A stretch of DNA of 61,915 bases, counting the filler, from Kipferlia bialata (taxonomy: Eukaryota): assembly GCA_003568945.1 (NCBI GenBank). It is 3 parts of 3 records of this genome, joined end to end, with 100 filler letters (N's around TTAATTAATTAA, not from the genome) between each part and the next. Parts side by side here need not be neighbours in the genome. Positions count along the whole stretch, not along the records: positions 26,080 to 52,054 come from BDIP01000202.1; 2 more parts are not named here. One strand, written 5' to 3'. This document shows, in pieces, positions 26,080 to 38,900 of the stretch. The notes below the pieces were generated by a model that saw only the letters and a program-made list of their open reading frames with translations, did not search any database and was not told the origin of the DNA. How positions within the stretch are numbered: position 1 is the first letter of the stretch; each line of letters begins with the position of its first letter. The position numbers and the translations under genes were made by a program.

Positions 26080-26357
26080 AGGAGGGTGCTGGCCAGGGAG
26101 ATTGCCGCAGAGGGATTCATGCACTCAGGTACACACTTCTCTCTCTCTCTCTCTCTCTCTTTCTTTCTCTATCTCTTGGCATATATATAGGACAGTCATT
26201 AGTGTTTGTTAGCTTCTCTAACCCCTCAGGCCTTGACGTTCTGGTGGCCCCTGAGGCCAGTGTGCTGCTCTTTGCGGCACTCACAGTGAGACCCCCATCC
26301 AAGGGCAGCAAGGGCCAGAGGGGGGAGGGAAGGACACTCCCAGGCCTCGTAGAGTGA
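26080..26357 (+). CDS. 3' end (two exons) of a hypothetical gene, weakly like a LURP-one/Tubby-C terminal strand-helix
   Basis: RVLAREIAAEGFMHS|GLDVLVAPEASVLLFAALTV...VE-stop across a GT..CCCCTCAG intron. The family call is a weak visual match. Confidence 0.35.
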
Positions 26358-26899
26358 GGGTCGCTGTCCTTTAGTATCTTCAATTGATATTACTATAGGC
26401 AGACTCTGCTCTTCTACATACATACAATATGAATACATGGTGTGATTCTTCACCTGGACCTCATCTCTCCGCAATTGGAGAGTGGGAAATTTCAAGAATA
26501 CAATAGAATTCAGTATCGAACAACCATTCACTAATATCACAACTACTGACCGGTCATCAGAGATATATCACATAGCTCAAAATGACAGCTAAAGAATGTT
26601 GTCTCGGAGACCCTCGAGACTTGCAAACTTATATACGTATATCCTGTGACAGTGGCACTGTAGACTAAAGTCTGCAATGCAGTTAACAACTGTACTCACC
26701 TGGAATTTGAGAAGTCCGCTACCCTGGTAGTGTAGACTGTAGAGTGAGAGAAGGCCGCCACTGTAGTGAGATGGTATTCCTAGTGTCACCACAAAGATTG
26801 CTCTCTCTTCCATAGCGTCACTCGTAGACGTGAGTACAAGGACTGGCACACTTAGGGCTGACATCCCTGACAGTGATACTGATACTGATACTGAGCCCA

Positions 26900-27879
26900 A
26901 TGCCCCTGATGCAGTGGTACGACAACTGTGTGGTGGCCCTGCCAGAGATCACCCATATGTATAATGAGAGGCAACAGCCTCGTGTTGTTTCAATAGGTGA
27001 TAACCAGGCACTGCTCACATACTGGTCCAGAAGAGAGAGAGAGTGGATCTGGAGACTACTTACCCTCAATGACGATCACACAGTGACAGAGACGCCACTG
27101 ACTCTACCAAGAGATGTATATGGTCTGAGGCATGCATCGTTTGCAAGAGTGCAGGATAGTGTATTTGTGTGTGGATATCGGATTGTGAACGGTAGACATG
27201 TCTTCTCCATGGTCAGCTACTGCATCCCAGAGAGGGAGTGGGAGAATCTAGACAACGATTCCTGTGTCAAACCACCAGCGACCAAGCATCCCCATCTTGC
27301 TGCAGTCGGGGATTCCACCCTTGTATACTGGGGTATTCGTGCCACGAATCGTGATATGGGGTATGACTCAATCTTTGATGATGAGTACGTGATGTGGCTG
27401 TGGAGTGTTGGCACTGGTTCTTGGACAAGATGTGAAGACACACCCGGGATATTTACTACAGAGACCACCGTCTCTATTCAATGAATAGTATTCATGATAC
27501 CTGTGTCTTTCCAGGAAGGGAGGGATTCAGCCTGTCTCTACGCGATGGCTCTCTCGTAGAAGAGGATGATAGCTGGGCCTTCCTTTCAGGGACTATAGCT
27601 GAGCCCAAGGAAGTATGTGCCAGTCTTGGGTCCACGTATGAAAGTCTGCTGTTGACCTACGCAAGGGAGGTAGAAGGACGGCAAGGTGTATGTTTGTATG
27701 ACATAGTGTCTGGCGACTTGATGCCTTGTGAGTCCCTCCCGGTGAGATGTAGTAGAATGAATAGCATATCTGCTACTCTGATCAATCCTACGACTGCTAT
27801 TGTGGTGGGACACAAGGACATGGTTGTGGTAGATGTGCTGCCAGAGGTGTTGGGGCCAACAATATTCAGTGAAGAGTGA
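26900..27879 (+). pseudogene. Kelch/beta-propeller-like protein, intronless, split by a frameshift near 27481
   Basis: Blade-like repeats FARVQDSVFVCG...SYCIPEREW, LAAVGDSTLVYWG...LWSVGTGSWT and LYDIVSGDL. The two ORFs overlap at ATGA (27481-27484) and I found no intron that restores the frame. Confidence 0.55.
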
Positions 27880-28011
27880 GAAGTGACCAAAGAGCTAGAT
27901 GAGCTACTGAGGAGCCATCAGATAGAACAGAGATCAGAGGCATGCGATTTATGCCTCATATTTGATAATTACGGGTTTCAAGATACAATAGAATTGAATA
28001 GTGGACAAGTT

Positions 28012-29214
28012 TCATCGATACCCAAAGTGTTGATTCATTGATGGACATCCACAAGTAATACCGGTCCTAATGTATAGACTATAGTATAGTCTACAATGTA
28101 TAGTCACTATACATTGTTTAGCGATAAGGGGACTTGGACTCCAAGCTGGAGGATATATAGGACACTGCTTGATTATGTGTGCACAAGCATAACACGTTTG
28201 AGAGAAGGCTGAGGAGAGCTGCAGGCTGCAGCTGAGACAATCTTGGCTGTCTGTCGTACACCAGATGCTGATGCAGAATATGCAGTATATCACCGTTGAC
28301 TTATCACAGGTGTTCACTGAACACCTGTTCAGGGAATTTTGTAACGATTTGATCATGAGGTCTTGCTGGGCAAGGGCTGCCTCCATCTTAGCCCCATACC
28401 GACTGAGACCTGCAGTGTGAAAGGCGTCAAGCCCCGCGATGGTCTCTGTGAGTTGGGCTTCCATCTCAGTCTCCACCATAGTGATTCTGACAGTATCCCT
28501 AGCCTCCATTCTAGCAATAGTCTCTGAGTGCCGTGACTCTATTCTTGCAATGGTCTCTGCGTTCACATCCAGACTGGCCTGCACCTTTGCCTCAAGCTCT
28601 GCGATGTTCTCTGAGTGCATGGTTTCTATCTTATCCATAGTCTCTCTACGCTGGGTCTCCATCCTAGCAATTGTCTCGGTGCTCGCGTCCAGACTCGCCT
28701 GCATCTTTGCCTCAAACCGAGTGATGCTGGCAGTCTCCTTTGTCTCTGGTGTAGCAATAGTCTCTCTGAACGTAGCTTTCATTCCAGCAATAGACTCCTG
28801 CCAGGCCTCAATCTTAGTCTCAAGACGTGTGATGGCGGCATTGTGCTCGGCCGCTAGTCTAGCGTTGGTCTCTCTGTGGCGGCCCTTCATATCGACCATG
28901 TCTCTCTGTAGCTGTCTGAGAGAGGTCGCGTTCTCACCCAGTCCTACACTAAGCCGCCCTATCTCCTGTGCCTGCTCTCCGGTGTCAAACTCGATCAGCG
29001 ACACCCTTCTCTCCAGAGTCTCATATTCAGGCGCAGCACTGGAGGCCAGGGGATACGAGTGACTCGGCGAGTCTTCATCGGCTCTCTACCCACAGTGGAC
29101 ACAAGTGTCGTCCCTTTCCGGCCCTGTAAGAACTCCAGAATATGCTGAGTCATCTCCGTCATGTTCTTGGCGCCCAAAGGGAACATCGCGTCCGACATTG
29201 AATGGATCTCCCAT
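28012..29214 (-). pseudogene. Coiled-coil repeat protein with one in-frame TAG at codon 43
   Basis: The ATG at 29214 is in frame with the 28012-29004 ORF but is interrupted by TAG at 29088-29086. The body has about 11-residue ETIARME/ETIARIE-type repeats. The 3' end is uncertain. Confidence 0.5.
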
Positions 29215-29752
29215 GATATAGTGACTGATGTGAGACTGCATTAATGCAATGGAACGAGGACGGGGAGGGGGTCATGGACACAAATGGGGAAAGAGGAGTA
29301 GCAGGTTCTGTATATGGTATGGGAGAGACGGGATATTGAACTGTGTAGGGTGGGGGCCCCCACTGGGGGAGTGAGAGAAAAGGGGCCGAGGGGGGGGGGG
29401 TTGGTGTAGATCGGCAGACAGATAGGACTCTTTTATAGACTCTTACAGTCTATTAGACTGTATATACAGTACTTAAGAGTGAGTCAAATGCTTCCGGCAC
29501 CAGTGACGGCAGTAGGGGTAAACCAGTATCATGCAGAGGACAAACTATGTCACATAGTCCGAGATACTCAGTCACAGATTCGGAAAACCCTTTGTAATGG
29601 TCCCATACTCAAAAATTTCCGACACACTTGGGCTCTCTCTCTCTCTCTACCTCCCCCCCCCTATCCCTCTCATGTCCTAGTCATCCTCAAGCGAGAAGTA
29701 TTCCTACTCATCCTGCAGCGAGGAGTAACCGGGACATGAGCCAGGCGCTGAG

Positions 29753-30045
29753 ATGGCCAGTGCCTGCAGACGCACAATGGCACATCTATGCTTGAAGTAA
29801 GTGGTGGACCTTACATCCTATATGTAATATATTATTAGTATACATATGTATATTTGCTTATATTGTATATGTTATATCATACATACATATACTGAAGCCC
29901 CCCCCCTTCTTTGAGTAACACACGTGATATCAGCGAAGTTCTAACACTTAGGGCGCTGGGACCCATATGCGATGCCCACGGGTGGAGCATCTACCACCTG
30001 TTTAACCTAGGAAGGGCTTTTGGTACTATTCACACACACACATAT

Positions 30046-30078
<33 letters not shown>

Positions 30079-31238
30079 CATTATTGGACTCTTCTACAAT
30101 ACTACATAGTATAGTATTATAGTACCCTATTATTGAAATATATTATTGTCTATATTGGTTACCAGTTTGGTACCCTTACAATACTGGATTGGTGTCTGAC
30201 TATGGAAGGGCTTCAACAATACTATTGGCAGTATCCTCACTATACTACATTGCCAATGAAGTTCATTGGTTGTACCTCTATTCCTATCTTTTCGAAATTT
30301 TTCAATATCTATGCTATTAGCCTATGCTCTTCTGTTGGTTGTATACCCTCTATTCTAGCTTTAGGCCTCAACCCTATATTCTTATCTTCTATCAATAAAT
30401 CTCATTTCTATTCTATTTCTAATTCCTTCAATCTATTCTAACTTTAGGCCTCAACGCTGTGGAGATAGACGGAGCGCTAGCCGGAGAGCGTAGCGATGGA
30501 GACCAGTGGCCACCTGACCTGAGTCGTGCAGACTGGGACATCCTCTATCAGGTATGCAATATATCTACATACATGTCTGAAATAGAATGTAACATAGTAT
30601 TTAGCATATGTATATGTATATATATACATACGCATTTTTACACTGGGATATCCTCTATCAGGTATACAATATATCTACATACAAGCTGTTATACAGTGTT
30701 ATACTATATTATACTGTCCAACACTCTCCCATGAATCACTAACAATAATGGACCACTATAATAATGGGAGCCTCTTAACCTGAATACATTGAGTCAATGT
30801 AACATTGACAATTCAATACATGTTATGCTAAGGATTGAGATATTGTATTTTGACGTGACATTCTGTATGATGTCACCAACAGACTCTCATGTGTGTCTCA
30901 CTGTAGTATATAAGTATTCTGTACTCAATAGGTAGTGTATATATCTCACATCCAGTATGAGATGTTGACTGGCATTACACCCCGTTGACCTCGCGTACTT
31001 CTATTCATACCCATGAATATTTCACATCTATATATGGGTACCCACTATTGCTTAAGAACCTCTCACCCACCAGTTTGAGAGGTTGACTGGCATTACACCC
31101 CGTGACCTAGCAGAGCTCTCCTTTGCTTCTGACAACCTACCGGCTGTGTATGACGCATCTCTCGTTGACATGAAATCTACAGATGCATTTGGGTTCAGAG
31201 TGATACAGACCATCATTCAGATGGCGCAGGAGAACTAA
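29753..31238 (+). CDS. Small hypothetical protein, 4 exons
   Basis: Phase-compatible exons MASACRRTMAHLCLK|ALGPICDAHGWSIYHLFNLGRAFG|LNAVEIDG...WDILYQ|FERLTGITPRDLAEL...MAQEN-stop. Exon-end echoes in the introns support the boundaries. Confidence 0.55.
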
Positions 31239-31720
31239 GACAAGAGAATATGACTATACTATACTGTCATTAACATGAAATCCACAGATGCATTGGATTC
31301 CCTGTCCTAAGGACCATTCTATAGATAGTACAGGAATACTAGATCTAGTATAACTTCTACTGTAGAAGTATTAGGGTATGATGTATTTTCACTTTTGGTT
31401 CGGAAGTACAAATACGTTAATACACACGTCGCATTGTTGGATCCTCCCCACTTGGAAGTACTGTGCACATAAAAGATAGTCAGCACTATAAAGTGTCAGG
31501 TTATGGCTTTGTGTGTGAGAGTGAGATCTGGACTCACTATCAATGGCCCATTGACAATGGGTCCAATACCATAGGGGATTAGGAGTCTTACTACTAGCAT
31601 TGCCTGAGTGAACCAAAATGCATTTATGAGAACTACTTTTCTAGCATGCCATGGCAGTGACAGCGAGGTCCCTGTCTGAGAAGACATTGATTAAATAGTG
31701 ACACATTGTTATGGTTTTAA

Positions 31721-34700
31721 CTACTCCAGTATGCCCCTGTACACAGCCAGGTCCCTGTCTGAGAACACATTGAACAGAACAGTGTCCATCACACCAGGGT
31801 GGGTCTGTAGCCACGCAGTAACAGCCTGGGATTAAGTAGATAGACGATACTAGATATAGATATATATATATAGATGTTAGATATACATGTGTCTATCACA
31901 CCAGGGTGGGACTCAAGCCAGGTGGTGACAGCCTTGCGGTAAGAAGAGGCTATAAGTACTATACAATGAATCACCTTCACTGCTCCCTCTAATGCAGGTT
32001 GCACAGCCAACTGATAGAACTCATACCCACATAATACGTATAACATGTACTGTATATACCTGTAAATATATGTGTGCATATATATACATATGTGTGTGTA
32101 TATAACACACGTAAGACACAAACTCATCTGTTTCTCCTCGACTGCTGCCTCTGATGAAGGTATGACATATATAGTATATGATAGTATACACTCATGAGTA
32201 TAGCATTGAGAGTATATGTATATACCTCTACTGCTGCCTCCGATGCCGGTTGGAATGTCTTATACTATGAATCCAGTATACTGAGAACACATACACATAT
32301 ACTATATACTATATATATATATATATGAATATACCATATATACCTGGACTGCTGCCTCCGATGCAGGCTGGATGGGGTACCCAAAGACACCAGTGGAGAT
32401 GGAACAGAAGGCAACCTCACGGAGACCAACCTCAGAATCAGACTGAATATGCGTAGACAAATATATATGATAGATGAGACACTTGGAGAACGCAGCGATC
32501 CAGTTCAGTAATATACAGTAGGTGCATTCATATGTCCTATATATAAAGGAGAATTTCTATATAGTTAGCAGTATACCTCAGCGGCCAGGTCCAGGCATGA
32601 CGTGTAACAGCTCTGTAACAGGGACCGGTGCTTTGGCGTGACCTGGGTATGAGACCAGTGTAGATCATTATAATATCCAAAGTACATATCCCACGAAGGC
32701 ATGCCTCTCTCCCGACTCATGACGCCACTTCGTTAACAGAATAGAGAATCTCTATGGATACCCATATACTACAATGGATATGTATAATCGATATTTACAA
32801 TATATATAATACATACTAATATATGATACATAATGTATATCCAAGAGACATATTAGGGCATGTCCTTCATACCTCCCATACAGAAACTACACTATATATA
32901 TAATATATAATATATATACTATAATAGTTATCCTAGGACATATATACATACCTCCCCCCTGACTATTGGTCCTACTGTGTGAAGCACATAGGCACTGGGG
33001 AGGTTGTATCCCCTGGTGATCTTGGCGGTGCCTGGTGTAAGACGTGTCCCATACTATTATTCAAGTCATGTAGTCATCACTAACATCACTAACAAATATA
33101 TATATCCTAAAAATGCATAAGTGTACCAGTATAGGTTCTGCCCTGCCCTGTCTGTCCATGATGGTCAATATATACTATATACATGTTATACATGGTATAT
33201 TCTATATATATGCATTCATACTAACCCGTTGGCTCTGCCCTGCCCTGTCTGTCCATGATGGTCTATACATATACTATATATATATGTCATACATATGGTA
33301 TATACTATATATATATATATACCTATAGTATATAGATAGTGAGTACATACCTGTTGGCTCTGCCCTGCCCTGTCTGTCCATGATGGTCTGGCAGTCATCC
33401 CTCAGCTGCACACCTGCTCTGGTATGAGAGATAGAGATCTCTAATATATCGAAAATATACACCTGTATAGTAATATATAATACAACATTCTCTTACTTTG
33501 AGTGTATGACGTTGTCGATGCACTTGTGGAATGGTTGGAAGCATCCGAGCATCTGGATGTCAGGTAGTGATTGGTGGATTGATTACAAAAACTGAACTAT
33601 ACTAACTCTATACGTGGTCATTGGCTGCATTGACTATAGTTTATTACGTACATATATATAAACACAATTATGAATGTGTTAGTCAATATGGTACACACTT
33701 AGTTGTAACTACGCAAAGTTGATACCTGGTCATTGGCTGCATTCATACATACATGCAAATACATATCAATCCTTCCTACTAGTGTGCAACAGTACTGAGT
33801 ATACATATGAATGAAAAGAAAATAACCTAAGACTAAGTCAATACTAACTATAGAGTTACTATATACCTGGTCATTGGCTGCATTGATAATGGCCCCTGGG
33901 GTACTGGGGTCAGTGAATGTAGTGTATCTATAAATATGTATGCACTGTATATACATTGCAATTATCACTTGTATGACAGTTGTGATATCTGGCTAACTAA
34001 CCTATTAAGCTATCTGGCTAACTAACCTCAGTAATGTCCCCCTTCCGGAGTGCAATTGCACTCTAAGGGTACATATCGTATTGTATACATAGTATATATA
34101 CTTACTGTAAGGTGTATCCTATACAGTATATACTAACCTTAGAGTAGTAATGTCCCCCTTCCAGAGTGCAATGGCACTGGACCCAACCATACTGAAAGAG
34201 TATATACTATGTATTTACTATATATACTATATATACTATATATATACTATATACTATGTATGCAGTATGCTAACTTTGCATTGCTATTTACTCACCTTAG
34301 AGTAGTAATGACCCCCTTCCACAGTGCAATGGCACTGGACCACCAAGATATACATATATACTATATACTATTTTTGCAATATGCTAAATACTGACCTCAG
34401 TGTTGTGATGTCCCCCTTCCACAGTGCAATGGTACTGGACCCAACCATGCGCATAGAGGGTAGACTGGACAGGGGGGTGAGAGGGGTATCCAGCAGTTCG
34501 GCCTACGGTTAGAATCAATTGATAAATGGATCTGTCCGCGTGTCTTCTTCTGCCTGCTGTATATTTACTTTATATTTAGCACAATTGCAATTATAGGTAC
34601 CGTTAAGATTGTGATATCGTCATGTGTGATATACCTGCAACAGTCTTGACAGGAGTCCAGTCATCACTGCGTCCAGGGTGTTACTGGGCAGCACAGGCAG

Positions 34701-35600
34701 GGAGGCCTAGAGTAAGTATGCATACAATTCATGTATTCATACATCTGGGGCGAGAGAGAGAGAAGTGTTACTGGGCAGGACAGTGAGGGAGGCATATAGT
34801 GAGAGAGTAAGAGAGTGTCATATAGCAGAGAGAGGGAAGGATCTAGAGGAAGGCAGAGAGGTATCACTGGTTAAATAGTGGTAGAGAGAGAGAGGTAGGG
34901 ATGAAGACTGTCAGGGATGCCTCTGGTGAAAAGCCGTACGTATATATGAATACATACATATATACGCCATGCATCAGTGAATGTCTCTTCTTCTGGATTT
35001 CATATAATCATACATATACACACCCTTAGAAGTACACGAGGTACAATACTCTTGGGAGACACACCTGCAGCTGCCTCTTCTTGTGTTATCTATCTTGAAG
35101 GTAGGTAATGAATGATGATAGTATCTACAATATATATATATATATAATACACTGTATACATACTAGGCCGACACCCACCTGCAGCAGCTGTCTCTTCTTG
35201 TGGTAGGGCAGGGTGTCCATGCTGGGGGTGAGGGAAATACACACACATATATATATAGAGAGAGAGGGGTAGAGAGAGACGTTATCATATAGGATACGTA
35301 TAACTGTCCCCTGTGGGCAGATACTATACATCTTATATGAATGAAACAGTATTCAGCAGAGTACATAACTACCTATATACACTCTCTCTATATGTGTTCC
35401 TAATACCTGTCACTTGTGAAGTGTCTGATGACTGGTACCAGAGAGAGTAGCCATATCATATATACAGTGAATAATGCACTATATAATATATGAATAATAC
35501 TATATACTATATGTATATACCTGTCACTAGTGAAGTGTCTGATGACTGGTACCAGGGCCGGACAGGTGACAAGTCGGTCAAGCAGGGTAGACCTATCATT
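31721..35600 (-). CDS. Zinc-binding macrodomain protein-ADP-ribose hydrolase (Zn-Macro type), at least 11 exons; start uncertain
   Basis: Spliced product [88 protein letters not shown]...[34 protein letters not shown]...[23 protein letters not shown]. It carries the CxxxxHxC motif in the catalytic loop. Confidence 0.92.
34020..34450 (-). repeat. Four copies of the macrodomain exon 3' end ([11 protein letters not shown] + GT donor)
   Basis: The real exon is 34502-34396. Truncated copies lie near 34340-34296, 34192-34138 and 34062-34027. Confidence 0.9.
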
Positions 35601-35929
35601 CTGTGCTAAGCATTATAACAATATTCAATAAGTATATATATTTATATGTGTGTACTAGAGAGAGTACAATATATAGGGCAGACGTTTCATCCTGGATTGT
35701 GAGGAAGGAGAGAAAGAGTCTGAGAGAAAGAGGGAGGGAGAGAGAGAGAGAGAGAGAGAGCATACGGAGAGAAGAATAGACACAAAGAGAGTAGAGGACG
35801 GATTGAGGGAGAGGGATATGATATGCACCGAGAAAGTGGGGGGGGGGGGGGGGGGTGGCACAACCCCCCCAAAAAAATGTGGAAAAACCCCCCCCCCCCC
35901 CCCCCTTGTTGGCAGTGTCTGTATCAAAC

Positions 35930-38900
35930 AGTCTGATACCTGTCTGTCTGACCTCAGGAGGACCAGCCACCGGGGCAGTGGCAGGGAGTCCCAGAGAGGG
36001 GGCCAGTCTGAAAGGTGGAGTCAGATAGACTCGGGGAGGGGGGAGGGGAACACTACCCGGCGGGAGAGAGAGCAGGAGACGGCGACAGGGGGGGAGAGAG
36101 GGACTCTGCTGGATGACATAGATGCAGAGGGGACCAAGAGAGAGAGAGAGGGGAAGTACAATCTGGAGGCCACGACTAGGCTGCTAGATGGTGAGTGGTT
36201 ACACTGCACACAGTGTGAAGTATGTACTGCAACAATCAGACATTTATGACTACACCATTGATGTGACATGTTCCCTCTCCCTCTCCCCCTCATCTGTCAG
36301 GCATGCAGGCCAGCCGCAACCGCACTGTCTTTGACTACCGCAAGACCCATGAGCTGGTACCTATCAAGGTGCCACCCACGGTGGAGGAGAGCACGGGGGA
36401 CAGGTGGGGGGATGTATATATAGATAAGAGATAGAGTCTGGATAATAACGCTGTATGTGTATACTCTGTGAATGACTGTATGCGTTAGCTCACCCCTTAG
36501 GATAGCTGACTCCGACCTAGTCAATATGAAGAGAAGGGCCGGGAGACTGCTGCCAGACCAACTGCCCACAGTCATAAAGGTGGGTGGGCATGTATACGTA
36601 TATGTATACCTGGAGGCCAGTGTTCAACACAATCTCAGTTTCCCAAGACACAGTTCCCTGACTACCATTCGCAGACACAGATACTCTCTCTATATCGTAC
36701 TGTAGTTTCCCGCACCTGTTACTCTTACACCAGGACACTAAGCACCTTCCTGCGGTGCTCAAGGCTCTCTACGAGCACTATCTGTCAGGTACATGTGTAT
36801 TACCTTCTCATGTACAAGTGGAAGTGTCAAGTGTAGCCATTATATGTGAGACTATATACACATATCATTGTCTATGAGACTATATACACATTCCATTATC
36901 TATGAGACTTTATACATATCGTTACTACCAGCCATGGCCTACCCCTACATATATATCCCATACCCCATGCCCTCTGACCCCCAGTGCGTGTCAAGGGTGT
37001 GAGGGACTCCGTGGCAGACACCTATGCCGCAGACAGCGATGCCTTTCTGGCCAAGGCCAACACCTCTCTCTCCCTCACTGCCCATCTGTCCAGCCTGAGG
37101 GCAAGGTGGGTGTATTATATATATAGATAGACTATACGGTGACGCATGCCTCTCTCTCTACTATCCTTAGTATATACTATCTGTGTGTATCCCACCCCCA
37201 GGTCCCGCGTTGACCTGTATCACAAGCTAGACATGGTGGCACTGAAGCAGATGGCCCTGTGCGATGCCCTGCTACATGTGATGCCAAACCCGGAGACAAG
37301 GTGGGGTGCAGTGCATACAGTGTAGATAGGGGTGTGTGATATGTTGAAGACACAACATACAGTACCTTGCCAACCCCAGGGTCCCCAACGTGCCCTCCAA
37401 GTGGAGGAAGGAGGTGGATGCAACGACGGAGAGCCCAGAGATGCAGTCGTGGGAGGTATGGTGGTATATGTATACGGGGTCGTGTTACCTACCACCTGTA
37501 ACCCCAGGCGTCCAAGCCTCCCCCTGTCGGTACTGATAGTGTGGTGGGTAGTCCACAGGATGGTGATAAGGGAGAGGGGGAGGGAGATGGGGAGGGAGAG
37601 GGAGAGGGAGAGGCTGAGAAGATCATGAAGCTGAACCTGAGCCGGTCCCACATGCTGAGAAGGAAGAGGGATATGGGGAGGGCCAGTGAAGGTGAGTATA
37701 TTGAAAGACGGAAGGGGGAGGTGTACACAGTGAGGATCTATCTGCAGTATTCCATCGATAACTGTTCTGCCCTCTCTCTCTCTACCCCCTTACCCCCTAG
37801 GTCTCCTGCAGGCCCTGGGAGAGATGCCGTCTAGGAGAAGTACAGTGAGACAACAGGAGGAGAGTGACAGGAGGTGGGTGGCCATGTGCATAGGACACTG
37901 CCATATGCCTTAGTATATATGACCCCCCCCCCCCTCTCACCCAGACACGCTGCTGCTCAGAAGGCCCAGCTGTCGTACAGGACCCAGATGTCACACAGAG
38001 AGGGTATGATATGTATAGAGATGGGTGTATATATATACCCCCTTGACCCCAGGCCAGTCGACAGATAGGAGTGAGGCCGGGATACCAGGGGGAGGGCTCC
38101 TGGAGGGTCTAGGGTGCGTATATGCATTAACTATTGATACATGCAACCCGACACACACAGAAGGAAGATACACTTTCCCCATAGAGTCTCAGTTGGTACC
38201 ATGACTACCACCCTGCCTTACCCCAGTTCCACCCAGCAGACCGATATCGACCAGGACGACCTGGCCAACAGGTCCTACAAGGTAGGCGTATATGTATTAC
38301 ACGAAGCATTCGTTGGGTTGGCATATTGCTCACTATTGAGGGCTGGTGTTAGTATACTGAATGGCCTCTGTTTCCATCTCCCCCCAGGTTGCCGCTGTAG
38401 CCTATGAGGGGCACTCGGATGAGGAGACAGAGGACTACGGGACCAGGTTTATATATATATATATATGTATATCTATATACATATTGTATGTAGATGTAGA
38501 GGACTACGGGACCAGGTGGGTGTGTACTATATACATGTAGATTACAGAGGAGTCGCATATGTGTATGTAGCCATTCTAATGTAATTGATCCCGGTAGTTA
38601 TGCCTGTGTACAGTTGGGGTATCGTTGAGTTGGTTCATCCCTATTCTGACCCCCAGGATCACGGAGGACCTTGCAGATCTGGCTAGACAGTCTGGGGTGT
38701 CCATAGAGGCACTGCAGGTGGGGGGTGGTTGGGATAGGTTGTGTATGCACTGATGTTTACCGTTATTATCTAGGTTTGACTCAGTCTCTGATCCCCAGGA
38801 GATGGCTAGAGAGAGAGCACGAGAGAGGGAGAGGGAGAGAGAGAGCAACGGCTCCCCGTCCAAGACAATGCTCTTCCTCAAGGGTGAGTCCGTGTTTTCG

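Noticed and set aside
28012..29004. Coiled-coil ORF as a retroelement Gag/ORF1
   Set aside because: No zinc knuckle, RT, integrase, LTR or poly-A tail is visible nearby.
29086..29088. Possible TAG/TAA-to-Gln reassignment as in hexamitid diplomonads
   Set aside because: Conserved genes here (ICMT, macrodomain, GST, nucleoside hydrolase) end at TAG and have no internal TAR codons.
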